Below, piece by piece: positions 9,714 to 20,910 of a stretch of 64,000 nt of DNA (position 1 is its first letter; each line of letters opens with the position of its first letter). A model generated the notes under the pieces. The model did not search any database. It was not told where the DNA came from and saw only the letters and a program-made list of their open reading frames with translations. Where the stretch lies: positions 5,228-69,227 of the forward strand of contig JAUYQP010000037.1 of the NCBI GenBank assembly GCA_030697205.1, written 5' to 3'. This stretch comes from Mycobacteriales bacterium (GTDB lineage Bacteria; Actinomycetota; Actinomycetes; Mycobacteriales; SCTD01). A program made the translations under genes and the position numbers.

Positions 9714-10696
9714 CGTCCTCCCCCTCGTGCCTGCACGACCGCGAGCAGCGCGCGCTCCACGGCGTAGTCCTGGTCGGCGGCGCCGCCCTTCACATCTCCG
9801 TCGGCCCGCGCGACCGCCTGCAGCGCGTCCGACAGCCCCTCCGGTCGCCAGCCGCGGGCCTGTCGCTGGGTCTTCTCGACCTTCCACGCCGGCATGCCGA
9901 GCTGCGAGGCGAGCTGGTAGCTGTTGACCTGCCGCCCCGCCGCCGCGACCTGCGCCATCGCGCGCAGCGTCGAGGCGAGCGAGCTCGTGACGAGCACGTG
10001 CGCGAGCCCGGTCGCCTGCCCCCAGCGGGCCAGCTCGAGCGCACCCGCGAGGTCGCCGTCGACGGCCCGGTCGGCGATCGCGAAGCCGCTCGCCTCTGCC
10101 TTGCCACGGTGGTAGCGGGCGACCTCCTCGGCGGTGACCGTGCCCTCGGTGTCGCTCAGCAGCTGGCTGCAGGCCGAGGCGAGCTCACGCAGGTCGTTGC
10201 CGACCGCCTCGAGCAGCGCGGTGACCGCGTCCTCCTCGACGGGGCGGCCGTCGGACTTCAACTCGGCCCGCACGAAGTCGCGCCGCTCCCCCGCCTTGGT
10301 GACCTTGGGCGCGTCGACCCGCGGCGCGCCGGTGGCGGCGAGCGCGGTGAGCAGCGCCTTGCCCTTGGCGCCGCCCGCGTGGTGGACGACGAGCACGACG
10401 TCGTCGAGGGCCTCGGTCGCGACGGCCGTCAGCTCGGCCGCGACGTCCTTGCCGAGGTCCTGCGCACCGCGCACCACGACCGCCTTGCGGTCGCCGAACA
10501 GCGACGGGCTCAGCAGCTCCGACAGGTCGCCGGGCGCGAGCGACGTCGCGTCGAGGTCGCGCACCTCGAGGTCGGGCTCCGCGGCGCGCGCGGCCCGCAC
10601 GACCCGGCTGACGGCGCGGGACACGAGCAGGTCCTCGTCGCCGACGACCAGCGTCAGGGGTGGCACGGGCTTCGGGGGCACGCGCGATCGTCCCAC
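9710..10696 (-). CDS. holA: DNA polymerase III subunit delta
   Basis: LTLVVGDEDLLVSRA... matches the delta N-terminal and clamp-loader folds. GTG 10696 is preceded by AGGAGGAGGAG. The longer track ORF (to 10957) has a Pro/Arg-rich non-homologous head. Confidence 0.88.
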   Translation of the reverse strand: MGRSRVPPKPVPPLTLVVGDEDLLVSRAVSRVVRAARAAEPDLEVRDLDATSLAPGDLSELLSPSLFGDRKAVVVRGAQDLGKDVAAELTAVATEALDDVVLVVHHAGGAKGKALLTALAATGAPRVDAPKVTKAGERRDFVRAELKSDGRPVEEDAVTALLEAVGNDLRELASACSQLLSDTEGTVTAEEVARYHRGKAEASGFAIADRAVDGDLAGALELARWGQATGLAHVLVTSSLASTLRAMAQVAAAGRQVNSYQLASQLGMPAWKVEKTQRQARGWRPEGLSDALQAVARADGDVKGGAADQDYAVERALLAVVQARGGGR

Positions 10697-13106
10697 GACT
10701 CCTCCTCCTGGCGGCAACGACCCGGCGTACGACGGAGCTGTCTGCGAGCCACGACGGCTCTCGGCCCGGGCCATCCCTGGCCACCACCTGCGGCCCGGCC
10801 TGCTCCCCCCGCCCGTCGGCGCCGACCGCGACGATCCCGCCGGCTCGCGCCGCCACCGCGACGGACCCGTCGAGGTCGGTGCGGAAGGAACGCGCCCCCT
10901 GGCCCAGCAGCTGCCCGAGGGTGTCGCGGGCCGGGTGGCCGTAGGTGTTGCCCTCACCGACCGAGGTCAGGGCCAGCCGAGGGCGGGCCTCGGCGACCAG
11001 GGCAGGGTCCTGGTGGTCGCTGCCGTGGTGGGGGACCTTGAGGACGTCGACCGGTTCGACGCCGGCCTCGACGAGGTCGGCCTGCGCCTCGGGCTCGACG
11101 TCGCCGGTGAGCAGCGCGGTCAGGCCGGGGGCGCGCAGCCGCAGGACGAGCGAGCTGTTGTTGGGGTCGGAGCGGGTCCCGCGGTAGCGCCGGCCCGGCG
11201 CCAGCACCGTCCACGCGACCTCGCCGATCGCTCGCTGCTCCCCCAGCCCCGCCTGGGCGACCGGGACCCCGGCCGCGCGCGCCCAGGCGAGGACCTGCTC
11301 GTGCTGGGCCTCCGGCTCGGCGAGCGGGCCCACCTCGACCAGCCCGACCGGGCGGCGCAGCACCCCGGGCAGCCCGAGCACGTGGTCGGCGTGCTGGTGG
11401 GTGAGTACGACCAGCGGCACCCGGTCGACGCCGAGCTGGTCAAGGCAGCGGTCGGCCGCCGCGGGGTCGGGCCCGGCGTCGATGACCAGCCCGCCGCGGA
11501 CCACCGTCATGTCGCCCTGTCCGACGTCGCAGACCGCCAGCACCCAGTCGCGAGGCGGCCACGCGGGCGCGACCGCGGCGAGCCCGAGACCGGTGACCAG
11601 CGACCCGGCGACCCCGGCAGCCAGGACCCTGCGCAGCACCCGCTGGCGCACCGCGAGCCAGCCGAGCAGCGTCGCCCCGGCGAGCAGGCCCGCGCCCTCG
11701 AGCCCGTCGGGCCAGCCGACCCCGGCACCGGGCACCGCTGCCCCTGCCCGCGCGATCCGCACCAGCCACGCCACCGGCAGGTAGCCCACCCACGCGACCA
11801 CCTGGGCCAGTGGGAGCCAGACCGGGGCGACAACGGCGGCGAGCACGCCGAGCACCGTCGCTGGCGCGACGGCGGGGATCGCAAGCAGGTTGGCCGGCAC
11901 CGACAGCAGCCCGAGCTGCCCGGAGATCGCGACCACGACGGGACCGCACGCGACCTGCGCCGCGGCCGGCACCGCGACCGCCTCGGCGAGCCAGCGCGGC
12001 ACCCGACGGGTCATCGCGTCGCGCCAGCCGGGTGCGAGCAGCAGCAGCCCCGCGGTCGCGAGCACCGACAGCGCGAAGCCGGGCGTCGCCGCGAGGTCGG
12101 GGTCGAGCAGCACCAGCCCGAGCGTCGCGGCGGCCAGCGCCGGCACCGCCGCGCGACGTCCCCCGGTGCCGAGCGCCACCAGCGCAACCGCCCCCATGAC
12201 GGCGGCGCGCAGCACCGAGGGCGATGGACGAGCGAGTACGACGAAGCCCGCCAGCGCGATCCCCGCTAGCACCGGTGCCCCGCGGATCCCCGCCCCCAGC
12301 CGGCGGGCGAGCAGCAGCACCGCCCCGCACAGGATCGCGACGTTGGTGCCGGACACAGCCGTGAGGTGGGTGAGGCCGGTGGTGCGGAAGTCCTCGCGCA
12401 GCTGCGGGTCGAGCCGGCTGGTGTCGCCGACAACGAGCCCGGGCAGCAGACCGGCCTCGGCGTCGGGCAGCGGGGCGACCGCGTCACGCAGGCCCTGCCG
12501 CAGCCGGCCGGCCGCGCGCTGCAGCGCCGACGGGTCGGACAGCACCTCCGGCGGGCCGCGGCCGCTCAGGACCGCGGCGACGTCGTCACCGTGCTCCGCC
12601 GGTCGCAGCCGCCCCTCGACACCGACCCGCTGCGACGGCAGCAGCGCGAGCCAGGCCGGGTCCGACGACAGCACGACGACCGGCACCCGCAGCCGGTGCT
12701 CGCGTCCGCCGGTGCGCAGCGACTCCACCCGCACCCGCGTCACCACCAGCTCCCGACCCGGACCGGGAGCGACCGACTGCGCCCGGCGCGGGTCGTCGGT
12801 GACGACCGCCTCGACGACGACGGCGGCCTCGCGACGGGCCGCGTCGGCAACCGGCTCGACGTCTCGCCCGGCGAGCCGCGCCGACGTCGCGAGCGCGGCC
12901 GCCGCCGAGCAGACCAGCACCCCCGCGAGCACCGCGCTGCCGCGTCGACGCACGAGCATCGTCGCCGCCACCCCTGCCAGGACCAGCGCGACGCCGACGA
13001 GCAGGGCGACCGGCAGCCACCGCCCGGTCCACGCCACCACCCACGCGGCCAATGCTGGCACCGCCAGCCGGAAGTCAGCGCGGTCGGGCGTGGCATCCCC
13101 GCTCAC
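10185..13106 (-). CDS. comEC: ComEC/Rec2 DNA internalisation channel protein; 3' end anomalous
   Basis: Polytopic competence domain plus metallo-beta-lactamase domain (VLTHQHADH ... VLKVPHHGS). Similarity ends near 10810, but the first in-frame stop is at 10185, inside holA. Confidence 0.85.
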   Translation of the reverse strand: MSGDATPDRADFRLAVPALAAWVVAWTGRWLPVALLVGVALVLAGVAATMLVRRRGSAVLAGVLVCSAAAALATSARLAGRDVEPVADAARREAAVVVEAVVTDDPRRAQSVAPGPGRELVVTRVRVESLRTGGREHRLRVPVVVLSSDPAWLALLPSQRVGVEGRLRPAEHGDDVAAVLSGRGPPEVLSDPSALQRAAGRLRQGLRDAVAPLPDAEAGLLPGLVVGDTSRLDPQLREDFRTTGLTHLTAVSGTNVAILCGAVLLLARRLGAGIRGAPVLAGIALAGFVVLARPSPSVLRAAVMGAVALVALGTGGRRAAVPALAAATLGLVLLDPDLAATPGFALSVLATAGLLLLAPGWRDAMTRRVPRWLAEAVAVPAAAQVACGPVVVAISGQLGLLSVPANLLAIPAVAPATVLGVLAAVVAPVWLPLAQVVAWVGYLPVAWLVRIARAGAAVPGAGVGWPDGLEGAGLLAGATLLGWLAVRQRVLRRVLAAGVAGSLVTGLGLAAVAPAWPPRDWVLAVCDVGQGDMTVVRGGLVIDAGPDPAAADRCLDQLGVDRVPLVVLTHQHADHVLGLPGVLRRPVGLVEVGPLAEPEAQHEQVLAWARAAGVPVAQAGLGEQRAIGEVAWTVLAPGRRYRGTRSDPNNSSLVLRLRAPGLTALLTGDVEPEAQADLVEAGVEPVDVLKVPHHGSDHQDPALVAEARPRLALTSVGEGNTYGHPARDTLGQLLGQGARSFRTDLDGSVAVAARAGGIVAVGADGRGEQAGPQVVARDGPGREPSWLADSSVVRRVVAARRRSRGTIARAPEARATPDAGRRRRGPARVPRRQPGRAGRARRGARPRGARPRRDVARARRPVGAAEPVAVRRPQGGRGARCAGPRQGRRGRADGRRDRGPRRRRARRPPRGRRQGQGAAHRARRHRRAAGRRAQGHQGGGAARLRAGRVEVRRPPRRGGRGHRAARGGRQRPA

Positions 13107-14095
13107 ACGCGGACCTTCGACTTCATCGAGGCGTACTTCGACTCCCCGATCCCGCTGACCTCACGCAGCTGGTCGACGCTCGCGAAGCGACCGTGCTCGG
13201 TGCGCCAGTCGACGATCCTCTCGGCCAGCACCGGACCGACCCCGGGCAGGTCGTCGAGCTGCTCGGCCGTCGCAGTGTTGAGGTCGAGCAGCCCGCCTGC
13301 GGCCGGAGCACCCGGCCCGCCCGGCGCCGCTTCGACCCCGACGAGGACCTGCTCGCCGTCGACAAGCCGCCGGGCCAGGTTGAGCAGCCCCGGGGACGCG
13401 CCCGGAGCAAGACCGCCCGCCGCCCGCACCGCGTCGTCGACCCGCGACCCGGCCGGCAGCCGCACGATCCCGGGCTTGCGCACCTTGCCCGCCACTGCCA
13501 CGACGACCTGTCCGTCCGCCGCCGCGCTCGCACCGGGCAGCGGGCCGCCCGAGGCCAGCACCGTCGGGGCGCTCACCTCCTGCGGCCGACCCCGCAGCAG
13601 CACCCCACCCGCGACCAGCGCTGCGACCACGGCGACCGCGACGAGCGCGAGGACCCCGGACCGCCCCGGGTCGACCCGCCCGCCGACCACCGACCTCGGC
13701 AGCAGCCCCCGCCACCCGGGCCCGGGCAGCGGCGCACCGCCCCTCGGCGACGGCTCCGGCTCCGGCTTTGGCGATGGCGATGGCGATGGCGATGGCTGCG
13801 ACAGCGGCTCGCGCTCTCGCACCACCTCGGGCATCGGCACTCGCAACGCGTCGGGCACCGGCATCGCATCGGGATCCGGCACCGGGTCGGGCAGCGGTCC
13901 TGGCGTGGGGTGGGACACCACCGGCGCTGCCGGCTCGAGTGCCGGGGGAAGAACCAGGGTCGGCGCCTCGTCGAGCGGCGGCGGCACCCAGCCCCCCAGT
14001 GCGGGCACACCAGCAGACCCGCCGAGCACCAACGCCAGCCGAGCGGTGGCGAGCTCGACGACGGCAGGGTCCGGGCGGCGGCGCACCGCACGCAC
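13103..14095 (-). CDS. comEA: ComEA family DNA-binding protein
   Basis: SLBB-like segment plus C-terminal helix-hairpin-helix (LDLNTATAEQLDDLPGVGPVLAERIVDWR). The stop overlaps the comEC GTG (GTGA). Confidence 0.9.
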   Translation of the reverse strand: MRAVRRRPDPAVVELATARLALVLGGSAGVPALGGWVPPPLDEAPTLVLPPALEPAAPVVSHPTPGPLPDPVPDPDAMPVPDALRVPMPEVVREREPLSQPSPSPSPSPKPEPEPSPRGGAPLPGPGWRGLLPRSVVGGRVDPGRSGVLALVAVAVVAALVAGGVLLRGRPQEVSAPTVLASGGPLPGASAAADGQVVVAVAGKVRKPGIVRLPAGSRVDDAVRAAGGLAPGASPGLLNLARRLVDGEQVLVGVEAAPGGPGAPAAGGLLDLNTATAEQLDDLPGVGPVLAERIVDWRTEHGRFASVDQLREVSGIGESKYASMKSKVRV

Positions 14096-14135
14096 GCTAG
14101 GAGCGCGCGACGCCCCGCGGGCCCGGCGTACCCCT

Positions 14136-14166
14136 GCCTGTGGACGCTGCCATCAGCCTGTGGACG
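14136..14166. promoter_or_regulatory. direct repeat GCCTGTGGACG x2 (20-bp period), 41-71 nt upstream of comEA
   Basis: Exact 11-mers at 14136-14146 and 14156-14166. The 8-mer core TGTGGACG recurs at 14369-14376. Confidence 0.25.
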
Positions 14167-14214
14167 GACCGCGAACCCGGCAGCGGCGCCGCGGCGATGG
14201 CCCGCGGAACCTGG

Positions 14215-14317
14215 GGTCGTGAAGATCGTCGTGTAGTGGCCTCGGGGGGCGAGAGCGTGAGAGCGCTGGTCAGGCGCCTGTCGCTGCGACACCTGTTTCA
14301 CGACGATCTTCACGACC
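14215..14317. repeat. perfect 19-bp inverted repeat (GGTCGTGAAGATCGTCGTG / CACGACGATCTTCACGACC) with a 65-nt spacer
   Basis: Read directly from the sequence. It lies in the 329-bp SGNH-comEA intergenic region, and the spacer contains further small palindromes. Confidence 0.9.
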
Positions 14318-14424
14318 GGTCGGATGCTGACGTGAGCACCACGCTGACCCACCGCGGGCGGCCGGTGATGTGGACGGCCCGCTTCCGCGGAAGCGCCTGA
14401 CGCGACGAGCGCCAGGTGCCCACG

Positions 14425-15168
14425 TCACCCTGCGGACGGGACGACCTTCAGCGTCTCGAGCGAGGCGGCGAGCAGGCGGCCGATCTTGAGGTGGCCGTCC
14501 GAGGTGGGCAGCCGGGTGCCGCCGTCGACGAGGCCGGCGGGGTCGGAGGCCGAGACCCAGGCCGACTCGAGCGGGTCGAAGAAGTGCAGGCTGGCGGCCT
14601 TGGCGGCGGTGCGCATCGCGTCGCGGACGGCGACGATCTCGTCGGAGGGCTCGGCGACGGGCGAGTAGGGACCGACGAGGACGAGCCGGGTCGCGAGGCC
14701 GTAGGACTCGCGCAGCGTCGCGGCGAGCTCGGCCACGGCGGCGCGGACCTCGGCGGGGGTGGCGGCGGTGTCGGACTCGCCGCCCTGCACGACGACGACG
14801 TCGGGCTTCGGCTCGTCGAGGTCGGCCGGCAGCAGCTCGGTGAGCCGGCGCGGGCCACCGACGGTGAGGCCGGCGCTCTGCCGGCCGTCGACCTCGGCGC
14901 GCCAGCCGAGCTGGACCGCGGCGACCTCCGCGAAGGTCGGAGTGCCGGGCGTCCGCGACGCACCGGCGACGACCGAGCCGCCGAAGAAGAGTGCCTGCAC
15001 CTGCTCGGTCATGTCGGGCGACGCCGACGGCACCGGTGCGAGCGAGTCGGCGGTCGCGGGCGCGTCGCGCAGGCCATAGCCGAGGCTCACCGCCACGGCC
15101 GCGGCCCCCACCACGACGGCGAGGAGCACCAGCAGTACGTCACCCAGCTTGGGCCAGACCCTGTCCAC
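14425..15168 (-). CDS. SGNH/GDSL hydrolase family protein (membrane-anchored)
   Basis: N-terminal TM helix, then the FFGGS block, VVQGGESD, and a C-terminal D..H pair (SDGHL). Confidence 0.78.
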   Translation of the reverse strand: MDRVWPKLGDVLLVLLAVVVGAAAVAVSLGYGLRDAPATADSLAPVPSASPDMTEQVQALFFGGSVVAGASRTPGTPTFAEVAAVQLGWRAEVDGRQSAGLTVGGPRRLTELLPADLDEPKPDVVVVQGGESDTAATPAEVRAAVAELAATLRESYGLATRLVLVGPYSPVAEPSDEIVAVRDAMRTAAKAASLHFFDPLESAWVSASDPAGLVDGGTRLPTSDGHLKIGRLLAASLETLKVVPSAG

Positions 15169-15177
15169 GCGCAGAAC

Positions 15178-15732
15178 CTAGTCGGTGCGACGCCACCTTC
15201 GCGCGAGGTTGTCCCTGTGGCGCACCAGCACGACCGCGGCGAGCAGCCCGGCCCACCAGCGGTCCTCGCCGGCGACGAGGGACACGACCAGCGCGGCGAG
15301 CGACGCGCACACCGACGCGAGGGCGATCCAGCGCGAGACCCCGATGACCACGACCCAGGTCAGCAGCACCACCGGCAACCACAGCGGGTGCGAGCCGAGG
15401 ATCGCCCCGGCCGCGGTCGCGACGCCCTTGCCACCTTTGCCGCGCAGGAAGGGCGAGCTGACGTGGCCGAGCACCGCAGCCAGCCCGGCGACGAGCCCGG
15501 CCTCGTGCTCGAGGGCACCGAAGGCGGCCGCGGGCACCGCGCCCTTGGCCACGTCGAGCACGGCGACGAGGACGCCGGTACGACGACCAAGAGCACGTCC
15601 CGCGTTGCTGGCGCCCGGGTTGCCGGAGCCGACCGCCCGCAGGTCGACCCCCTTGGCGCGGGCGACCAGGACGGCGGGCGAGACCGACCCCACCAGGTAG
15701 CCGACGGCCAGTGCCGCCGCGAGCAGCATCAC
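15178..15732 (-). CDS. plsY: glycerol-3-phosphate acyltransferase PlsY
   Basis: GSGNPGASN and FLRGKGGKGVAT motifs. The start overlaps the degV stop. Confidence 0.93.
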   Translation of the reverse strand: MMLLAAALAVGYLVGSVSPAVLVARAKGVDLRAVGSGNPGASNAGRALGRRTGVLVAVLDVAKGAVPAAAFGALEHEAGLVAGLAAVLGHVSSPFLRGKGGKGVATAAGAILGSHPLWLPVVLLTWVVVIGVSRWIALASVCASLAALVVSLVAGEDRWWAGLLAAVVLVRHRDNLARRWRRTD

Positions 15733-16577
15733 CGGCGCGAGACGACGACCCCGAGCAGCCCGGGGCCGGTGTGCGCGCCGACCACCGCACCGATCTCGGA
15801 CAGCAGCATCGTCTTGATACGGGGCAGGTGGGTACGCAGGTCCTCGGCCAGCAGCGCCGCCCGGTCGTCGGCGCCCAGGTGCTGGACCGCCACGTCGACG
15901 TCGCCGTCACGGGCCGCCTCGACGGCGAGCTCCTGCAGCCGCGCGAGCGCCTTCGACGCGGTGCGGACCTTCTCGAGCGGTCCGATGACGCCGTCCTTGA
16001 CCTGCAGGATCGGCTTGACCGCGAGCGCGGCCCCCACCAGCGCGCTGGCCGCACCGATGCGGCCGCCCTTGCGAAGGTGCTCGAGGGTGTCGACGAGGAA
16101 CAGCGTCGTCGTGCGCTCCGCGACCTCCCGGGCGCGGGCGGCGACCTGGGCGGCTGCGGCCCCACCGGCGGCGGCCTGGGCAGCGGCGAGCACCGCGAAG
16201 CCGAGACCCATCACCAGGGTGCGGCTGTCGACGACGGTGACCTCGATGCCCTCCGCGGCCACCTCCTCCCCCGCCAGCCGGGCGGCGTCGCAGGTGCCGG
16301 ACAGCTCCGACGACAGGTGCACCGACACCACTTGCGGCGCCCCGGCGCTGCGGTAGGCCGCAGCGAACTCCGCCGGGGTCGGCCGCGACGTCGACACCTC
16401 GGTGCGCTTCTCCACCAGCGCGGCTGCGACCTGGTCGGGCGTCACGTCGACGCCCTCCACACCTGTGCGGCCGCCGAGCACCACGTGCAGCGGCACGACC
16501 CCGATGCCGTGCTCGGCCGCCAGCCCGTCGGGCAGGTAGGCCGTGCTGTCGGTGACGACGGCGACGGAGCGGCTCAT
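15729..16577 (-). CDS. DegV family fatty-acid-binding protein
   Basis: VAVVTDSTAYLP ... STSRPTPAEF ... LRKGGRIG are typical DegV blocks. Confidence 0.92.
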   Translation of the reverse strand: MSRSVAVVTDSTAYLPDGLAAEHGIGVVPLHVVLGGRTGVEGVDVTPDQVAAALVEKRTEVSTSRPTPAEFAAAYRSAGAPQVVSVHLSSELSGTCDAARLAGEEVAAEGIEVTVVDSRTLVMGLGFAVLAAAQAAAGGAAAAQVAARAREVAERTTTLFLVDTLEHLRKGGRIGAASALVGAALAVKPILQVKDGVIGPLEKVRTASKALARLQELAVEAARDGDVDVAVQHLGADDRAALLAEDLRTHLPRIKTMLLSEIGAVVGAHTGPGLLGVVVSRR

Positions 16578-16603
16578 GGCGTCGGACCCTAGCGGTGCGC
16601 AGC

Positions 16604-19117
<2,514 letters not shown>

Positions 19118-19274
19118 GAGAAAGCCCCCGGCCACCTCGTCGGTGAGGGCCACGGGGGCGCCGCGCTGAGGTCGTGCCTGCTCAGCGCGGCCCGGGAAGG
19201 AGCAGCTGCCCCGTGATCTGCATGGCACGCACTCTACGCGGGTCCGCACGCCCCGGGAACGTAGGCTCGTCGGG

Positions 19275-20327
19275 ATGACCGGCACCCTGGACCCCCTGGT
19301 CGAGGACGCCGTGGAGCACGGTCGCGTCGAGTCGCCGTGGCGGGTCGGTGGCCCGCAGGCGAGGGCTCGGCGGCGGCGGTGGCTCCTCGGCGTACTCGTC
19401 GTCTTCGCTGCGGTCGGTGCCGTCTTCGGCTTCCCGACCGGTCGCGAGGTCGTCACCGGCTGGGTCCTGCTGCTGCTGCTGGCGGCCTGCGGCGGCGACT
19501 GGCGGCTGTGGCGGCGCGTCGTCTGGCGCGACTGGGCGCCGCTGATCGCGGTGCTGTTCGCCTACGACCTGCTGCGCGGCTTCGCCAACGAGGTCGGCGG
19601 CACGCTGTTCGACCTGCCCTCCTACCGCTCGTCGGTCTTCTTCCCGGAGAAGACGGCAAGGGCCCACCTCACCGAGCCGATCGAGGCCGACCGCGCGCTG
19701 TTCTTCGGGACGGTCCCGACGGAGTGGCTGCAGGAGCGGTACTACGACGCGGGCCAGGTGCAGTGGTACGACGTGGTCGCGTTCGTCACCTACTTCTCCC
19801 ACTTCCTGGTGTCCCTGGCCCTCGCGGTCGCGCTCTGGGCGCTGCGCTACTCGCTGTTCCGCCGCTACCTCGCCTCGCTCGTGACGCTGACCGCGATCAC
19901 CCTCGTGACCTACACCGTCTACCCCGCGGCGCCGCCCTGGATGGCCTCGCTCAACGGCGAGCTCGCGCCGGGCATCGCCCGCATCGCGCCGGAGACGCTT
20001 CGCGCCGTCGGCGGCCACACGGTCAACTCCGCGATCCAGCGCGGCGAGGCCTACAGCAACCCGGTCGCCGCGATCCCGTCGCTGCACGCCGCGATCCCGA
20101 TGCTGCTGCTGCTGTTCTGCTGGCCAGTCATCAACCGCTGGCTGCGTGGCGTCCTCGTCGCCTACAGCGCTCTCATGGCGTGGACGCTGGTTTACGGCGG
20201 CGAGCACTACGTCGTGGACGTGCTCATCGGCTGGGCCTACGCCGCGATCGCGGTCTACGGCGTGCGTGCGGTCATGACGCGACGCGACCGTCGACCAGGT
20301 GCAGCTCCAGGTCGCACTGCTCCGTGA
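19275..20327 (+). CDS. PAP2-superfamily membrane protein (inositolphosphotransferase-like)
   Basis: Polytopic protein with AIPSLHAA ... [13 protein letters not shown], which matches the PAP2 C2/C3 motifs. Confidence 0.78.
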   Translation: MTGTLDPLVEDAVEHGRVESPWRVGGPQARARRRRWLLGVLVVFAAVGAVFGFPTGREVVTGWVLLLLLAACGGDWRLWRRVVWRDWAPLIAVLFAYDLLRGFANEVGGTLFDLPSYRSSVFFPEKTARAHLTEPIEADRALFFGTVPTEWLQERYYDAGQVQWYDVVAFVTYFSHFLVSLALAVALWALRYSLFRRYLASLVTLTAITLVTYTVYPAAPPWMASLNGELAPGIARIAPETLRAVGGHTVNSAIQRGEAYSNPVAAIPSLHAAIPMLLLLFCWPVINRWLRGVLVAYSALMAWTLVYGGEHYVVDVLIGWAYAAIAVYGVRAVMTRRDRRPGAAPGRTAP

Positions 20328-20910
20328 CGTCGGGGTCGTGCGTCGCGAGCACGACGACCGCGCCCCGGTCAGCCTCGGCCCTCAAGGCGCGTACGACGAG
20401 GTCGCGCGTCGTGCTGTCGAGCTCGGAGGTCGGCTCGTCGGCGAGCACGACGGGGCTCGCGGTGACGAGCGCCCGGGCGACCGCGACCCGCTGCTGCTGA
20501 CCGCCCGACATCTCCTCGACCGGCCGGTCGCCGAGCTCGCCGAGGCCGACGCGGGCCAGGGCCTCCAGGGCGCGCGGCCCGACCTCGCGGCGGGCCACCC
20601 CGCGGGCCTGCAGGAGCAGCTCGACGTTCTCGGCCGCGGTGAGGACCGCGACCAGGCCGAGGCCCTGGAGCGTCAGGCCGACCTCGCGCAGCTGGGCTTC
20701 GTCACCGGCGCGGACCCGAGTGCCACCGCGCAGCACCTCACCGGCCGAGGTCGGCAGCGCGCCGGCGAGGGCCCACAGCAGCGTCGTCTTGCCGGCGCCC
20801 GAGGCACCCGTGACCGCCAGCAGCTGGCCGGGCTCGAGGTGGAAGGAGATGTCGTGCAGGACGGCGCCGCCGCCCCACCCGGCCGAGACCCCCGCAACGG
20901 TCAGCGTCAC
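20272..20910 (-). CDS. ABC transporter ATP-binding protein
   Basis: Walker A GASGAGKTT, signature MSGGQQQR, Walker B VVLADEPTS. Confidence 0.9.
   Translation of the reverse strand: MTLTVAGVSAGWGGGAVLHDISFHLEPGQLLAVTGASGAGKTTLLWALAGALPTSAGEVLRGGTRVRAGDEAQLREVGLTLQGLGLVAVLTAAENVELLLQARGVARREVGPRALEALARVGLGELGDRPVEEMSGGQQQRVAVARALVTASPVVLADEPTSELDSTTRDLVVRALRAEADRGAVVVLATHDPDVTEQCDLELHLVDGRVAS

Noticed and set aside
10697-10957. N-terminal extension of the holA ORF
   Set aside because: It is Pro/Arg/Ser-rich with no delta-subunit similarity. A strong AGGAGG precedes GTG 10696.
14140-14400. 86-aa ORF in the SGNH-comEA spacer
   Set aside because: It has no RBS, poor coding composition, and spans the 19-bp inverted repeat. 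The region looks regulatory or structural instead.
14416-16356. 646-aa ORF on the + strand
   Set aside because: It is antisense to the SGNH, plsY and degV genes, all of which have clear motifs.
19118-19456. N-terminal extension of the leuS ORF
   Set aside because: The extension is basic, Ser/Arg-rich and non-homologous. Internal ATGs with RBS-like sequences give a canonical LeuS N-terminus.
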